NCBI GenBank assembly: GCA_963727445.1
Contig: CAVSGI010000020.1
Location: 789,396 to 853,395 of the forward strand
DNA: 64,000 nucleotides
Direction: 5' to 3'
Origin: an uncultured delta proteobacterium
GTDB lineage: Bacteria > Myxococcota_A > Polyangia > Polyangiales > B10-G4
Positions 13,769-23,928 of the stretch are shown one piece after another. Below the pieces are notes generated by a model, which made no database searches, was not told the origin of the DNA, and worked only from the letters and a program-made list of their open reading frames with translations. How positions within the stretch are numbered: position 1 is the first letter of the stretch; each line of letters starts with the position of its first letter. A program made the position numbers and the translations under genes.

Positions 13769-13818
13769 GGGCAGGTTCGTACAACTCCCACCCGAGTCCC
13801 GCAAGAGCGGGCCCTCGA

Positions 13819-15753
13819 TCAGCGCGCGAAGCGGATGGAGAGCGCCCCCAGGGTCAGACCCACCTCGCGCCGCTCGGTGTAGCTCGCGTCTGCGCTGAGC
13901 GTGTCAATCGCCGTCGCGAGGCGCGCGACGGCGTCGGTTCGATAGGTGAGGCGGCTGCCCGGCCGATGCATCGGGCTTGCCGAGGCCATGGACACGTGGG
14001 CGCGAAGCCGCGCGCTCGCGGCGGCGCCGTCGCCGTAGCGCACGAGGCGTCCCGCCTCCGCGAGGGCCTGCCCCAGATCGCCTTCGACAGCGAGCAGCCC
14101 GCCGGCGCCCGCGCTGACGCGCGCCCGCGCGCCGAAGCCGACCCACGCGTCACCGGACGCCGTTCGCGGTGCGCCGCCCACGCGGTAGTCGACGCTGGCC
14201 GTCGCGACCTGACGGGGGCGTGCGCCCGCGGCGACGTCGAGCCCGACGACGATCCGGCGTTCCTCACCGGCGGCGAGCTTGGGCACGGTGAGCACGACGC
14301 CGCCGTCGGTGCGGACCGCCCCCGCGTCCGCATCGAAGATCGAGGTGACCTCCACCCCGTCGCCGAGGGTGAGGGACACGCGGACGTCGCGGGCGGCCAC
14401 GTTGGCGTGCGCCTCGATCTCCGCCGACAGCGCCGGCGCGAGCTCGGCCGCCGACCGGGCGAGGTAGTAGCCGCCGCGTCCGCCGCGGGCGACCGCCGAG
14501 AGGACCCCCGGGTCGAACTCGTCGCCGAGGCCGATGACGGTGGTGGTGCACGCGTAGCCGGTGCGGGCGTGATCGGCCATCACCCCCAGGCCCTCCGCGC
14601 CGAGCTCGCCTTCGTTGGGGACGCCGTCGGAGACGAGGATCACCAGCGAGCGGCCGCGGAAGCTCGGCGCGGCCCGACCGACCTCGCGATAGGCGATGTC
14701 GAGGCCCGCCTCGATGTTGGTCCCGCCGCCGACCCGGATGCGATCGAGGGCGCGACGGACGACGGCGCCGTCTCCGACGACGCGGGGCGGCAGGATCTCT
14801 TCGCCGCGGGTGCCGTAGGCGACGATGTGGATGCGATCGGTGGGGGCGAGGCGCGCCACCAGCAGCTTGGCGGCGTCGATGGCCGCCGCCCAGCTCGGCT
14901 GCATGGAGGAGGAGCGGTCGAGGACCAGGTGCACGTCGAGGGGCGCGCGCGCCTCGCTGTCCTGGCCGCCGCGCACGCGCACCACCATGTGCGTCTGTCC
15001 ACCATCGCGGGGCAGCGTCTCGTGCTCGAGGGAGGCCCACGCGTCGATGGAGCCGTCGCCGGCAAAGCGTCCGTCGCCCTCGGACTCCGCCGAGATGGCG
15101 AGAGGGCCGAGTTGATCGAGGGTCAGCAGCGTGCCATCGACGTCGAGACCCGCCGCGAGGAGCCCGCCGAAGTGCGCGCGCCCGCCGCCGGTTCCACGCA
15201 CGCCGGCTCCCCGCCCCGTGGTCGCCGGGGCGCTTCCCGCGACCGATGCGTCCAGGCTCACGGGGCCGGAGGGCAGGGGGGCGGAGGCGGAGGCGGAGGC
15301 GAAGGTGGAGACCGAGCCAGAGCCAGAGACAGAGGCGGAGTCGGAGACCGCGGAGTCGGAGACCGCGGAGTCGGAGACGGCGCCGGAGCTGGCGACGGCG
15401 CCAGAGCCGGCGACGGCGCCAGAGCCGGCGACGGCGCCAGAGCCGGCGACGGCGTCAGAGCCGGCCGCGGGGACGGACACGTCGCCACCACCCGAAACGG
15501 ATCCACTGCCCGAAGCGCCACCACCGGCCACCGAGACCGAAGGACCGGATGCCGCCGCCTCGATGCCGGCGCCGCCCAGCGCGCGTGCCCAGCCGACCAT
15601 CGCCGGGTCCGCCTGGGCGCTGGCCCCGGCGCTCACGCTTCCGGGGCGCACCTTCGCCTCGGCGCTCAGGCGGAAGGTGGGCCGGCCAGCGACCCCGATG
15701 GTGCCGCAGGCGGAGAGGAGGGTGAGCAGGGTGAGGTAGGTGGCGCTTCGCAT
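13819..15753 (-). CDS. vWA-domain lipoprotein with low-complexity Ala/Ser/Gly linker
   Basis: Lipobox LSAC; MIDAS motifs DRSSSM, GGTN and SDG. Confidence 0.85.
   Translation of the reverse strand: MRSATYLTLLTLLSACGTIGVAGRPTFRLSAEAKVRPGSVSAGASAQADPAMVGWARALGGAGIEAAASGPSVSVAGGGASGSGSVSGGGDVSVPAAGSDAVAGSGAVAGSGAVAGSGAVASSGAVSDSAVSDSAVSDSASVSGSGSVSTFASASASAPLPSGPVSLDASVAGSAPATTGRGAGVRGTGGGRAHFGGLLAAGLDVDGTLLTLDQLGPLAISAESEGDGRFAGDGSIDAWASLEHETLPRDGGQTHMVVRVRGGQDSEARAPLDVHLVLDRSSSMQPSWAAAIDAAKLLVARLAPTDRIHIVAYGTRGEEILPPRVVGDGAVVRRALDRIRVGGGTNIEAGLDIAYREVGRAAPSFRGRSLVILVSDGVPNEGELGAEGLGVMADHARTGYACTTTVIGLGDEFDPGVLSAVARGGRGGYYLARSAAELAPALSAEIEAHANVAARDVRVSLTLGDGVEVTSIFDADAGAVRTDGGVVLTVPKLAAGEERRIVVGLDVAAGARPRQVATASVDYRVGGAPRTASGDAWVGFGARARVSAGAGGLLAVEGDLGQALAEAGRLVRYGDGAAASARLRAHVSMASASPMHRPGSRLTYRTDAVARLATAIDTLSADASYTERREVGLTLGALSIRFAR
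15335..15465. repeat. In-frame coding tandem repeats (3 x 15 bp, then 5 x 18 bp)
   Basis: GCGGAGTCGGAGACC x3 and GACGGCGCCAGAGCCGGC x5 (3 perfect copies), encoding SDSAV and AVAGSG repeats. Confidence 0.9.
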
Positions 15754-15940
15754 GACGCCTTGGGCCTCTGGAACGACCATGCCAAGACCGAAAAGCAGCG
15801 GAAATGGGGGTTCGACACCTACACCCGCGAACCCTGGTTCACGCGCGCCTCCAGCATCGTGAACCCCCATGAACAACAGCGCTTATTCGAAATTCGGGCC
15901 GAAAAAAACACGGCGTCCTCGCAGCTGCTACCTTCCTTCC

Positions 15941-17335
15941 ATGCGCAGACGTCCCCCCGCGCGGCGCCTCCTCCTTCCCTTTCTCTTCGTCCTCTTCGCC
16001 GCCTGCGGCGACGACGGTCGCCCCGATCCGACGATGACGATGTCGATCGCCGGCATCCCCGATCCCACGGCGGGTCCCTCCACCGACGGCGACATCGATG
16101 GGGACGGTGTCGCCAACGACGCCGACAACTGCCCGTCGATCGCCAACGCCGATCAGCGCGCCGCGTGCACCTATCCCTCGCGACCGCCGGCCACCGGCGA
16201 CGTCGGGCCCGACGCCGTCGCCCGCCTCAACTGGCACCGCACGGTGCTGGGCCTCGAGACGGTCACCGAGGACGCGGCCCTGAGCGCGGGATGCGCGACT
16301 CACCTCGACTACCTCGTCCAGGTGAGCCAGGAGCTCGGCGCGCCGCAGCTGAGTCACGGCGAGGATCTCTCCAAGCCTTACGCATCGGAACAGGGCGCGC
16401 AGGCGGGAACCGATTCCGTCCTCTCGCTCAATCAGGCGGACATCGCGCTCGCGGTGGACGGCTGGATGGACACGCTCTACCACCGCCTGCCCCTCATCCA
16501 TCCCGGCCTCATGCGGATCGGCGCCGACTTTCGGACCGCGAGCGTCGGCGGCCGCGACAACACCTGGGCCTGCGTTCAATACCGCCCCGGCACCGACGGC
16601 AGCGTGGTCACGCCACATCCCGTGCTCTGGCCGCCCGCCGACATCGTCGGCACCGCGCGCGCCTTCGACGGCAACGAGTCCCCGTGCCCCACCGCCGCCG
16701 ATCCCCTCGCGCCACCATCGTGTCCTTCCAGCGCCGCGATCCCTTCGGTGGGCTTGATGGGGCTCGGCCCCATCACCGCCGCGAGCGGCACCTTCACCAA
16801 CCTCGACAGCGGCGCCGCCGTTCCCCTCTTCGCCACCTACTACGATGGCGGGCCGAGCCCGCACGAGATGATGGGATACGTCGAAGGCACCGTCGCCCTG
16901 GTGCCCGAGCCAGACTCCCGCCTCGACAATGCCCTCTACGAGGTCCGGGTCGACGCGACCGTCGGCGGCGTCGCCGAGATCTACCGCTGGCGCTTCCGCA
17001 CCGGCCGACCGCTCCCCGACGTGGGCTGTGACGACCTCGGCGAGAACCGCGACTTCGCGAGCGCCATCGAGATCGAGACCGGGACCCTCGAAGGACGGGT
17101 TTGCGATTTCGCGGACATGTACCTCCTCACGGGCGAGGGGACCCGGGTCGTGCGCATCGACTTCGATCACGGCGAAGGCGATCTCGACATGGTCGCCCTC
17201 GACCCGAGCGGCATGGAGATCAGCCGTAGCGAGGGCGTCAGCGACAGCGAAGAGCTCAGCGTGAACGCGGGGCTCTACGTCCAGGTCTACGGAGCGGGCG
17301 GCGCGATGGGCCCCTACATCCTGACCGTCGAGTAG
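15941..17335 (+). CDS. CAP/SCP-domain lipoprotein with a TSP3-like repeat and C-terminal PPC-like domain
   Basis: Lipobox FAAC, DGDGVANDADNCP, and CAP motifs LNWHR...H...SHGE...WMDTLYHR. Confidence 0.75.
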   Translation: MRRRPPARRLLLPFLFVLFAACGDDGRPDPTMTMSIAGIPDPTAGPSTDGDIDGDGVANDADNCPSIANADQRAACTYPSRPPATGDVGPDAVARLNWHRTVLGLETVTEDAALSAGCATHLDYLVQVSQELGAPQLSHGEDLSKPYASEQGAQAGTDSVLSLNQADIALAVDGWMDTLYHRLPLIHPGLMRIGADFRTASVGGRDNTWACVQYRPGTDGSVVTPHPVLWPPADIVGTARAFDGNESPCPTAADPLAPPSCPSSAAIPSVGLMGLGPITAASGTFTNLDSGAAVPLFATYYDGGPSPHEMMGYVEGTVALVPEPDSRLDNALYEVRVDATVGGVAEIYRWRFRTGRPLPDVGCDDLGENRDFASAIEIETGTLEGRVCDFADMYLLTGEGTRVVRIDFDHGEGDLDMVALDPSGMEISRSEGVSDSEELSVNAGLYVQVYGAGGAMGPYILTVE

Positions 17336-17343
17336 CGCCTCCG

Positions 17344-17371
17344 TTGACGGAGGTTTCCATGCGAATACATT
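17344..17371 (+). promoter_or_regulatory. Sigma70-type promoter for a probably leaderless CBS gene transcript
   Basis: TTGACG-N16-TACATT, ending 6 nt before ATG 17378. Confidence 0.55.
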
Positions 17372-17377
17372 GAGGGC

Positions 17378-17803
17378 ATGGCTGACCGCTACACCACAGT
17401 CGCGGACATCATGACCGCCGACGTCACCACCATCTCGCCCCGCGACACGCTCGAGTTCGTCGAGGAGGCGATGGAGATGTTCCACCTGCGCCACCTCCCG
17501 GTCGAGGAGGACGGACGGCTGCTCGGCGTCCTCACCCACCGCGACATTTTGAGGACCGCGGCCAGCGTCTTCGCGGCCGGTCACGAGAAGTCGACCGAGA
17601 AGCTCCGCCGAAAGCATCCGGTGGCGGACATCATGACCCGGCAGGTCCGTACGGTCGCGCCGACCACGTCCCTGCGCGAGGCGGCCGACATCCTGCTCGG
17701 GGAGAAGATCGGGTGCTTGCCCGTGGTCGAGGACGGCAAGATCGTCGGCATCGTCACCGAGCACGACTTCGTCGCCCTCTCCGCGAAGCTCCTGCCGGCC
17801 TGA
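17378..17803 (+). CDS. CBS-domain pair protein
   Basis: Two CBS repeats (VADIMT...HLPV...GVLT; VADIMT...CLPVV...GIVT). Confidence 0.93.
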   Translation: MADRYTTVADIMTADVTTISPRDTLEFVEEAMEMFHLRHLPVEEDGRLLGVLTHRDILRTAASVFAAGHEKSTEKLRRKHPVADIMTRQVRTVAPTTSLREAADILLGEKIGCLPVVEDGKIVGIVTEHDFVALSAKLLPA

Positions 17804-17828
17804 GCCCCCCCGGTGTTACCCTCGGGAC

Positions 17829-18365
17829 GTGCGTCTCGAGACCGGCCTCCCCATTCCAGACTTCGAGCTGATGGACATCGAAGGCGCGCCCGCTGGCAGT
17901 GCCTCCTTCGAAGGCCACAAGCTCTGGCTGATCCTCGGACGCTTCGCCGCTTGCCCCTTCTGTTCGCTGCGGCTTCAGGATGTGGCGGAGCGACATTCGC
18001 TCGTCGCGGAGCTCGGGGTCGAGGTGCTGGTGATCTTCCCGTCGTCGGAGAAGCGCGCCAAGCAGTACGTCCGGAAGTATCAGCCTCCGTTCCGCGTCGC
18101 CGCCGATCCCGAGCAGGAGGTGTTCGAGAAGTTCGGCAGCGAGACCAGCTGGGCTGGCGAGCTGCGCACCGCCGTGAACCTACCCAAGATGATGAAGGCG
18201 CTCGCTCAAGCGAAGATGAACCCGCTGGGGATCGACGACATGCCGCACCGGATGCCGTCCGAGTATCTGATCGATCCCGACGGCCTCGTCGCGCGCGTCC
18301 ACTACGGCCGGGAATTCGACGACGGCTTCCCGATTCAGGAAGTGCTGGAGTGGGCGAAGGGCTGA
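17829..18365 (+). CDS. AhpC/TSA-like redoxin
   Basis: PDFEL, RFAACPFC, ADP and MPSEYLID thioredoxin-fold motifs. Confidence 0.85.
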   Translation: MRLETGLPIPDFELMDIEGAPAGSASFEGHKLWLILGRFAACPFCSLRLQDVAERHSLVAELGVEVLVIFPSSEKRAKQYVRKYQPPFRVAADPEQEVFEKFGSETSWAGELRTAVNLPKMMKALAQAKMNPLGIDDMPHRMPSEYLIDPDGLVARVHYGREFDDGFPIQEVLEWAKG

Positions 18366-18369
18366 ACCT

Positions 18370-19587
18370 TCAGGGACCGTAGCTGCCCCACGCGGGGTCG
18401 TCCTCGATGGCCAGGCGCACCCAGTCCTCGAGGCTGATGCCGCCCGCCTGCGTCGCGGAGATGTCGCGCTCCAGGTAGGTGTGGGTTCGCTCGTCCAGGT
18501 AGAAGGTGCCGAAGCCGGGTGAGTCGCCGAAACGGTCGCGGAGGTCGTTCAAGCCGGCCTCGAAATCGGAAGCCGGCATCCCGCCGACCACAGGCGTCGA
18601 GCAGCTCGGGCTGTAGCCGTAGCCGAAGAAGGTGCGGATGGTGTCGTCGCCGGTCGACGAGATCAGCCCGATCCGCCGATCGGGATACTTGGCGAGGACG
18701 TAGCTGAAGTAGTTGATGATGCCGCCGCCGTCGGCTCCTCGGCACGCGGAGCAGTCCGCGGGGAGCGTGTCGTTCAAGCCCCACTGGTCCCGCCAGGTCT
18801 GCTGCAGACACGGCTTGAGGTATTCGTCCGCCATGGGCGGCCCCGCATCGTCCACCAGGACGACGTCCACGTCGCAGCCGAAGGCGGTCTGCACCTGATC
18901 GTAGTTGTACGCCGCGCCGAAGCCGCCCGCGCTCGAGCCCGAGAGCAGGACCTGGGTCGCATCGGCGAAGGTGGGAACGAGGCGCATGAGGTACTGGCGG
19001 ACGTTCTCGAATCCGACGAACTCGCGGCCGCCGGCGCCGTCGGGCTCGTTGCCCCCGTGGATGTCGCCGGTGCAGTAGGGGACGAAGACGAAGCTCCAGT
19101 CCTTGATGGGATTGTCTGCGTTGGTCCGGTCGAAGAGGTTCGAGCTTCCGTTGGTGCTGGCCCAACCCGCCAGCTTGGCGGCACCGTAGCCGTCCTGGTT
19201 CGCCACCGAGCCGCAGGAGATGAAGTCGAAGCACGCGCCGCCGCCCTGCATGTAGATGGCGACGTTGCTCGAGGCGCTGCTCGGGTTGATGCCGATGCCG
19301 GTGGAGGTGCCGTTCATGCAATGCGCATCGGGGAAGTCGATGAAGGTCCACTCGCCCTCGGGAGCGTCGATCACGTCACCGGCGACGAAGCCGGGATCCG
19401 GCGCGCAGGTGGGGGCAGACCCCGTGTCCGCCACCGTCGAGTCCGCCGCCGTGGAGTCCGGCGCCGCGTCGGAGATGGTGCCGTCCGGGGTGGCGTCCAT
19501 GGCGGAAGCGTCCGGAGCCGAGTCGTCGCCGCCGCAGCCGACGAAGAAGATGACGAGGGCCCCCGCGAGGATGCGTTGGGCGTTCAA
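18370..19587 (-). CDS. Pectinacetylesterase-family lipoprotein hydrolase
   Basis: CMNG, QGGGAC, VPYCTGDIH, GSSAGG nucleophile motif; lipobox FVGC. Confidence 0.88.
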   Translation of the reverse strand: MNAQRILAGALVIFFVGCGGDDSAPDASAMDATPDGTISDAAPDSTAADSTVADTGSAPTCAPDPGFVAGDVIDAPEGEWTFIDFPDAHCMNGTSTGIGINPSSASSNVAIYMQGGGACFDFISCGSVANQDGYGAAKLAGWASTNGSSNLFDRTNADNPIKDWSFVFVPYCTGDIHGGNEPDGAGGREFVGFENVRQYLMRLVPTFADATQVLLSGSSAGGFGAAYNYDQVQTAFGCDVDVVLVDDAGPPMADEYLKPCLQQTWRDQWGLNDTLPADCSACRGADGGGIINYFSYVLAKYPDRRIGLISSTGDDTIRTFFGYGYSPSCSTPVVGGMPASDFEAGLNDLRDRFGDSPGFGTFYLDERTHTYLERDISATQAGGISLEDWVRLAIEDDPAWGSYGP

Positions 19588-20084
19588 GCGAGGGGTACCG
19601 AATAAGCTTCGCCAGGATGACGTTCGTGACGCTGGGCGAAGGTCAAGAGATCGTTCGGCACCGTGACCTGGCCGTCATCGATCGCTTTCGCGAGGGCGAG
19701 CGCACCCAGCCCGTGCTCTTCGTGCGTCACCTTCCCACCGTTGCCGCGGTTCGAGAGGTAGACGCTGAGCGTGTCGGTATGACCGATGCCGTCGGGCACG
19801 TCGGGTCGAGTGTCGCGCCTCAAGACGTCGAGCTGAAAACGCTCGCCATCGGCGCCCTCGAGCACCACCGGGATCGCACCGAAGCGCACCGGGTGGATGG
19901 CGACGATCGTCCAGCGGCCGACCCGTTGCGACACCGCGAGGCCCAGCGGGCCGCGCGACTCGGAAGCGAGGGAGCCCACCCGCTCTGCCAACGCCGTTCG
20001 TGGGGCGAGAGCGGCGACCGCGCCCGCCGCGACTCCGACGCGGGAGAGAAAGCTTCGACGCCCCGACCGATCGTCTTTGCTCAT
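19584..20084 (-). CDS. Tat-exported hypothetical protein
   Basis: MSKDDRSGRRSFLSRVGVAAGAVAALAPRTALA twin-arginine signal; overlaps the start of the downstream gene. Confidence 0.75.
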   Translation of the reverse strand: MSKDDRSGRRSFLSRVGVAAGAVAALAPRTALAERVGSLASESRGPLGLAVSQRVGRWTIVAIHPVRFGAIPVVLEGADGERFQLDVLRRDTRPDVPDGIGHTDTLSVYLSNRGNGGKVTHEEHGLGALALAKAIDDGQVTVPNDLLTFAQRHERHPGEAYSVPLA

Positions 20085-20210
20085 AAAAAGCTCTAGAGGA
20101 GAGTTTACGAGGGGCTGCCTTTGGGCGTCAAGGCGGCCGCCTTCGGCGGGGCCCGTGGCGCGAGGGGGCGTCGCGTGCGAGGATGGCCGACCTTTTTCGA
20201 GAGGAGCCGA

Positions 20211-23200
20211 ATGCGAAGTCGCCGCATCGTCATTGTCGGCCTTACGGGGGCCCTTTTCGCGTGGGTCGCGCCCGAGGTCGACGCTGAGAACCCGGACTGG
20301 CCTCCCCCTCCGGGCTCTACCCCGGAAGATCTGATGGACCCTGCCACCTGGCCGGACGACCACAGCTACGGCTACGACATCGAAGGGGACGGCGAGTCTT
20401 GCACGGGCGGCGGGCTCTGCTGGGACGGCCGCTCGGGCGGGCTCTGGAACATGTGGTCGTGGATACCGCCGACCTCGGCGAGCCGCGACACCTTTCGAGA
20501 GGAGGAGCTGGCGACCGGCGCGGGGACGTGGACCGACATGGCCTGGCAGCACACCACCGGCGACAAGTCCGTGGTGATCGCGATCCTCGACAGCGGCATC
20601 AAGTGGGATCAGCGCGACACCGTCGAGCAGTACTACATCAACCAGACCGAGCTCGAGGCCTCCGGCCTGGACACGAACTGCCTCCCCGTCCCACCACCGA
20701 TGCACTCGGGAGACCCCATCGACATCGATGGGGACGGCTACCTGACGCTGCGCGACTGGTTCGAGGGGAAAGACGCGGCCGAGGTCGAGGCCCTCACCAT
20801 GACGCTCGACGACGCTGGCAACCACAACGGCATCGCCGATCCGGGCGACCTGATCACGCTCTGCAGTGATGGGGTCGACGACGACGACAACGGCTACGTC
20901 GACGACATCTCGGGTTGGGACATGTACATGGACGACAACGACCCGCACGACGACCCGCGCTTCTATCACGGCAGTACGCAGGCTCGGATCAGCGTCGCGT
21001 CCGCCAACGACGGCGGCACCATCGGCCACTGCCCCGGCTGCCGGGTCATGATCGTCCGCACCGGCGACAGCTTCATCGTCGACGCGCAAGACTACGCCCA
21101 GAGCGTGATCTTCGCGGTCGACTCGGGGGCGAGCATCGTCCAGGCCGCGGCAGGCGCCCTCAACAACACGACCTACATGCGGCGCGCGCACCGCTACGCC
21201 CACGACAACGGCGTGCTCCTCGTGACGAGCGCCGCCGACGAGAACAGCTTCCACCAGAACTATCCCGGGACCTCCAACCACACGCTCTACACGAACTGTC
21301 TGATCTACGGCGGCGGCAACCCGCAGGCGGCCGACAGCTACCTCGCCCAGAACAACTGCACCAACCACGGTGGGCAGGCGACGGTGAACGCGCCGGGCAC
21401 GGGTTGCTCGTCGGAGGCTACGGCGATCACGGCGGGGGTCGCCGGGCTGATGTTCTCGGCGGCCGTCGATCCCGACCGGCCGGGCGGCCCTCTCGACCCG
21501 CCCCTGTCGTCCGAAGAGGCGCGCCAGATCCTGATCGCGACGGCACAGGACATCGACATCCCCGAGAGCCGACCCGGCAACGACGTCTTCGACCGCCGCT
21601 GGTACCCGAGCCGTCCCGGCTGGGACGAGCGTTTCGGCTACGGGCGCGTCAACGCGTTCCGCGCGGTGGAGACGGTGCGGGCCGGCGCCATCCCACCCGA
21701 GGTCGACGTCATCTATCCCGACTGGTTTCGTGTGGTCTATCCCGACCAGGAGCCGACCGTTTCCATTCGCGGCTCCATCGACGCCCGGCGAGCGGAGAGC
21801 TTCGACTACGTGATCGAGTGGGCGGCCGGCATCGAGCCCGAAGAGGGAGACTTTTCGACCCTCGCGATGGGCGTGGACGAGAGCGAGGCGATCAGCGGCG
21901 AGCTGGCCACCTGGGACGTGTCGACCCTCGAGATCGACAACGGCGACGCGGGCGGCATCCACAACCGCTACACCGTCACCGTGCGCATCCGCGTCACCGC
22001 GCATTACGGAGGCGCCATCGGCGACGTGGCCGGCGAGGCCCGGCGCGCCTTCAACATCCATCGCGACCCGGACCTCTTGCCAGGCTTCCCCGTGGCGCTC
22101 GGCGTGAGGAACGACGTGGACGAGTACGCCGCGGCGAGCGGCGAGTCCTCTCCGAAGCTCGCCGACATCGACAACGACGATCGGCTCGAGATCCTCTACG
22201 TCGATTCGGACGGCCTGTTGCACGCCTTCAACGACGACGGCTCCGAGGTCGACGGCTACCCGATCCCGCTCGGCGTGCTGCGCGGCTTCCGGGCGGAGGA
22301 CGCCTACAACATCCTGGGCGCCCCGGCGTACGCCACCGGCGCCATCCCGACCGAGGACATCCACCCCTCGGTGGTGCTCAACGCTCCGGCCATCGGCGAC
22401 CTCGACTCGGACGGGACGCTGGAGATCGTCGTGACCACCATCGAAGGTGACATCCACGCTTTCCACGGGCCGGACGGCTCGCCGGTCGACGGCTTCCCCA
22501 TCCCATTGCCCGAGGTCCCGAGCGGCGATCCCCTGCGGATGGGTCCGCCCAACCCCAAGTCCTCGATCGAACGTGGGGCGCTCGCCGCCGTGACCCTCGT
22601 CGACCTCGATGGCGACGACGCCCTCGAGCTGGTGCTGCCCGCCTTCGACGGACACGTGTACGCCTTCCGCGGGGACGGCACCCCCCAGCCCGGCTTTCCG
22701 GTCGAGGTGAAGGCGCCGCAGCTGTGGATGGGATCCAGCCGACGCGCAGCCCGGGCGCATCGTCACCCCAGCGACGGTCGGTGACGCCGACGGCGACGGC
22801 ATCGTCGACATCGCGGTGGGCTCGAACGAGCTCGGCGACGACATGAGCAGCGGGGCGGTTCACCTGATCCACGGGGACGGCAATCTCCACGCGGGCGGCC
22901 CCTTCCACGACAACTGGCCCATCACCATCGGCAGCGTTCCCTTCTACCCCTTCGTGGGTGAGGGCATCACGTCCCCGATGGCCATGGCCGACATCAACGG
23001 CGACGGCCGGCCGGACATCACCGCGGCGGGTCAGGCTGGCAACATCTACGTCTGGGACGCGGTTCAGCCTCCGCGCGAGAGCGGCTTCGACGGGATGCCG
23101 ATCCTGCTCATGAACTCGAGCTCCCGCGGCGGGCTGAGCGACGTCACCGATCCGAACGACAAGCCGCTGCTGGCCACCTTCGCCGCCGCGTCCTTCGGGG

Positions 23201-23919
23201 ACCTCGATCAGGACGGACGCCCCGAGCTCGTCACGGGGGGCGCTGGCCTCGGGCTCGGGCTGAACCTGGCGGGTGGGTTCGTCAATCGGCCCTTCGCTCA
23301 TCAGGTCGGCGCCTGGGAGACGCAGACCGGGGCGCAGGTCGCGGGTTTTCCACGCCAGATCGAGGACTACCTCTTCTTCGTCAATCCTACGGTGGCAAAC
23401 GTCGACTCGGACCCCTACCCGGAGGTCGTGGTCGGCTCGGGTGGCTATTACGTCCACGCGTGGAACGCGTGCGGCGTGGAGGCCGAGGGCTTCCCGAAGT
23501 TCACGGGCGGATGGATCACCGCGTCGGTCGCGGCGGGTGACATCGACGGAGATGATCTGATCGAGGTCGTCGTGAGCACGCGCGCCGGATACCTCTTCGC
23601 GTGGAACACGACCGCGCCGGTCGATTCGCCCCAGCCCTGGCCCGAGTACCGGCACGACAACCACAACACGGGCAACCTGGAGATGCCGAACTCGAACCCC
23701 AGCGGGGACACCCTGCCCGAACCGATCGATTGCCCGCTGCCCCCCATGCCCGACGCCGGCGCCGACGGAGGAGACGCGGGGACGGACAGCGGACCTTCGG
23801 GCGAGCTCGGCGGCGGCGGTTGCACGTGCCGCGTGGCGTCGCCCGGCGCTCCGGCCTCGCCGCTGGCTCTCGGTCTCGGTGCCCTGCTCGTCGGGCTCGC
23901 CGCCCGGCGCCGGCGCTGA
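20211..23919 (+). CDS. S8 (subtilisin-like) peptidase with FG-GAP/VCBS repeats and MYXO-CTERM tail (frameshift at ~22731)
   Basis: ILDSG, DDDDNGYVDD, HGS, CSSEATAITAGVAGL, FGYGRVNA, DxDxDG repeats, C-terminal GGGGCTC...hydrophobic...RRRR. Removing one G at 22730-22732 joins the two ORFs. Confidence 0.85.
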
Positions 23920-23928
23920 GCTCGAGCT

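Noticed and set aside
15335..15465. Possible CRISPR array
   Set aside because: Head-to-tail coding repeats with no unique spacers and no cas genes.
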